Below the pieces are notes generated by a model. It was not told where the DNA came from and searched no databases. It saw only the letters and a program-made list of their open reading frames with translations. Shown here one piece after another: positions 43,787-44,774 of a stretch of 44,774 nt of DNA; within the stretch, counting starts at the first letter, position 1, and each line of letters begins with the position of its first letter. The DNA is taken from NCBI GenBank assembly GCA_964506425.1, contig CAZDLS010000002.1, positions 1-44,774 of the forward strand, written 5' to 3'. The translations under genes were made by a program, and so were the position numbers. Source of the DNA: an uncultured Planctomycetia bacterium. GTDB taxonomy: Bacteria; Omnitrophota; Gorgyraeia; Velamenicoccales; Velamenicoccaceae.

Positions 43787-44774
43787 GGCACCGGAGAGGC
43801 GCAATAGGATATCGGCGTGGCGACGGGCTTCATCAACAGCTTGCTCTTTCTCAGATTCGGCAGACCGGCGTCGTCCATGATGTTGATCAGACGGTACGGC
43901 AGCGTCCGCGCCAGGGCGCTCGCGATGAACTGGGCGAGGCCGGGATACCGGGGATCCGTGACCTCAAAGGAGACACAGAAGACCTCGGCAGAGATGGCAT
44001 CCCCGGCCGTAAAAGCGATGATCTGCCCGTCCGCCTCCGCGACCTTGACCACGGCACCGAGCCCGAGCAGGGACGCGAGCATGTGTTCCAGCGCGCGCCG
44101 GCTCTCCTCGAGCATGTGCCGGTAGACCGGGTCGTCATACTTGGCGCGCCGGCCCTGCGCCCAGCGCCGGTACAGCGCAAGGACCCCCCGCCGGTCACGC
44201 GGCCGGTAGTCGCGAAACCGGGCGTCGACGCTCTTGACGAAACGGTTATACAGGTTACGGCGGTGCTTGAGCCGCTCACCGCGCAGCAAGGCCGCATCAG
44301 GTTGTCTGAGGATATACTCCGGCCCCTTCTCATAGATACGCCAACGCAACCGCCTGAAAAGAGCCAAGTCCTCATCGGCGAGGTTTTCGATGCGCGAGAC
44401 CGGGCTGTCGCTGCCGTTGACCCCGGCCATCAGCGCGCTGCACGCCTCCAGCGTCGCGGCGTCGAAACGGCCCAGCGGCGGGACCGGCATAAAGCGATCT
44501 ATCCCGCCTCCGGCGGGGTTCATCCCGTCTCCGGCGGGGTTCATCCCGCCGGCCTTACGGTCCCCCCCAGGGGCCTTGCGGTCTCCCCGGGGGACCTCAC
44601 GGCCGTCATAAAAGAGACACAGGGCTCCGCGTACCGTGCCTGCGCGCAGATCAAAGAAGGGCCGCCACAAAAAGAGGTTGAGGAGCGAAAAACCGGAGAG
44701 GACGTGCGGTTCCCGGTACAGATACCTTCTGAGCAAGGGGGCATCGCCCGGCGTCAGACGGCGCAACCGTACGG
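43783..44774 (-). CDS. DUF2156 (lysyl-phosphatidylglycerol-synthase C-terminal-like) domain protein; the 5-prime end may lie at or just beyond the window edge
   Basis: Open frame to the window end; the earliest start inside the window is TTG 44766. Patterns LTPGDAPLLRRYL...FSLLNLFLWRPFF, LKHRRNLYNRFVKS, and a GNAT-like tail. Confidence 0.55.
   Translation of the reverse strand, partial: VRLRRLTPGDAPLLRRYLYREPHVLSGFSLLNLFLWRPFFDLRAGTVRGALCLFYDGREVPRGDRKAPGGDRKAGGMNPAGDGMNPAGGGIDRFMPVPPLGRFDAATLEACSALMAGVNGSDSPVSRIENLADEDLALFRRLRWRIYEKGPEYILRQPDAALLRGERLKHRRNLYNRFVKSVDARFRDYRPRDRRGVLALYRRWAQGRRAKYDDPVYRHMLEESRRALEHMLASLLGLGAVVKVAEADGQIIAFTAGDAISAEVFCVSFEVTDPRYPGLAQFIASALARTLPYRLINIMDDAGLPNLRKSKLLMKPVATPISYCASPVP
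44501..44592. repeat. Two adjacent in-frame 21-bp tandem duplications inside the DUF2156 gene
   Basis: ATCCCG(C/T)CTCCGGCGGGGTTC occurs 2.4 times (44501-44550). GGCCTT(A/G)CGGTC(C/T)CCCC(CA/GG)GG occurs twice (44551-44592). Together they encode ...GDRKAPGGDRKAGGMNPAGDGMNPAGGG... Confidence 0.9.

Overview
This is a visibly GC-rich bacterial chromosomal segment. The organism looks diderm (Omp85-type barrel, OmpA-like and lipobox proteins) and probably anaerobic (NfnAB-type oxidoreductase, radical-SAM lysine 2,3-aminomutase, desulforedoxin-like peptide). I support about 41 protein genes. Only comM, nfnA, nfnB and gdhA (7.6-13.0 kb) are on the plus strand. Everything else is on the minus strand in long, tightly packed operons with 4-nt ATGA/GTGA overlaps and a recurrent 11-nt start/stop overlap. 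Recognisable content includes:
- nucleoside/MTA-type salvage (two eIF-2B-family genes plus a nucleoside phosphorylase)
- an acyl-CoA synthetase behind a PadR regulator, and accA
- an L,D-transpeptidase
- folE-mnmE-folC-purH
- an EF-G paralogue plus a P-loop-less YchF-like gene
- an ATP-grasp plus kamA pair
- an ABC exporter with HAD, PAC2 and M20 genes
- era, and pabB-pabC

I found no rRNA, tRNA, CRISPR array, transposase/integrase or known defence genes. The many long plus-strand ORFs in the track are antisense artefacts of GC-rich DNA.

The best candidates for something undescribed are:
1. An about 11-kb translationally coupled envelope cluster (30.7-41.6 kb). It holds a transglutaminase-like lipoprotein, a TPR protein, an M48 protease, a PilZ-TM-coiled-coil-periplasmic toroid-like protein, an M1 metallopeptidase fused to an Omp85-type barrel, and a GT-C glycosyltransferase-like protein.
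2. A self-contained leader-controlled ATP-grasp plus lysine 2,3-aminomutase unit next to translation-factor paralogues.
3. Two families of palindromic repeat elements, one of which sits in frame inside pabB.
4. Three promoter / short leader / intrinsic terminator / gene arrangements that may be attenuators, riboswitch-like leaders or small RNAs.

All family calls rest on motifs I recognise by eye. No database search was possible, and start codons were refined manually and are less certain than stops.
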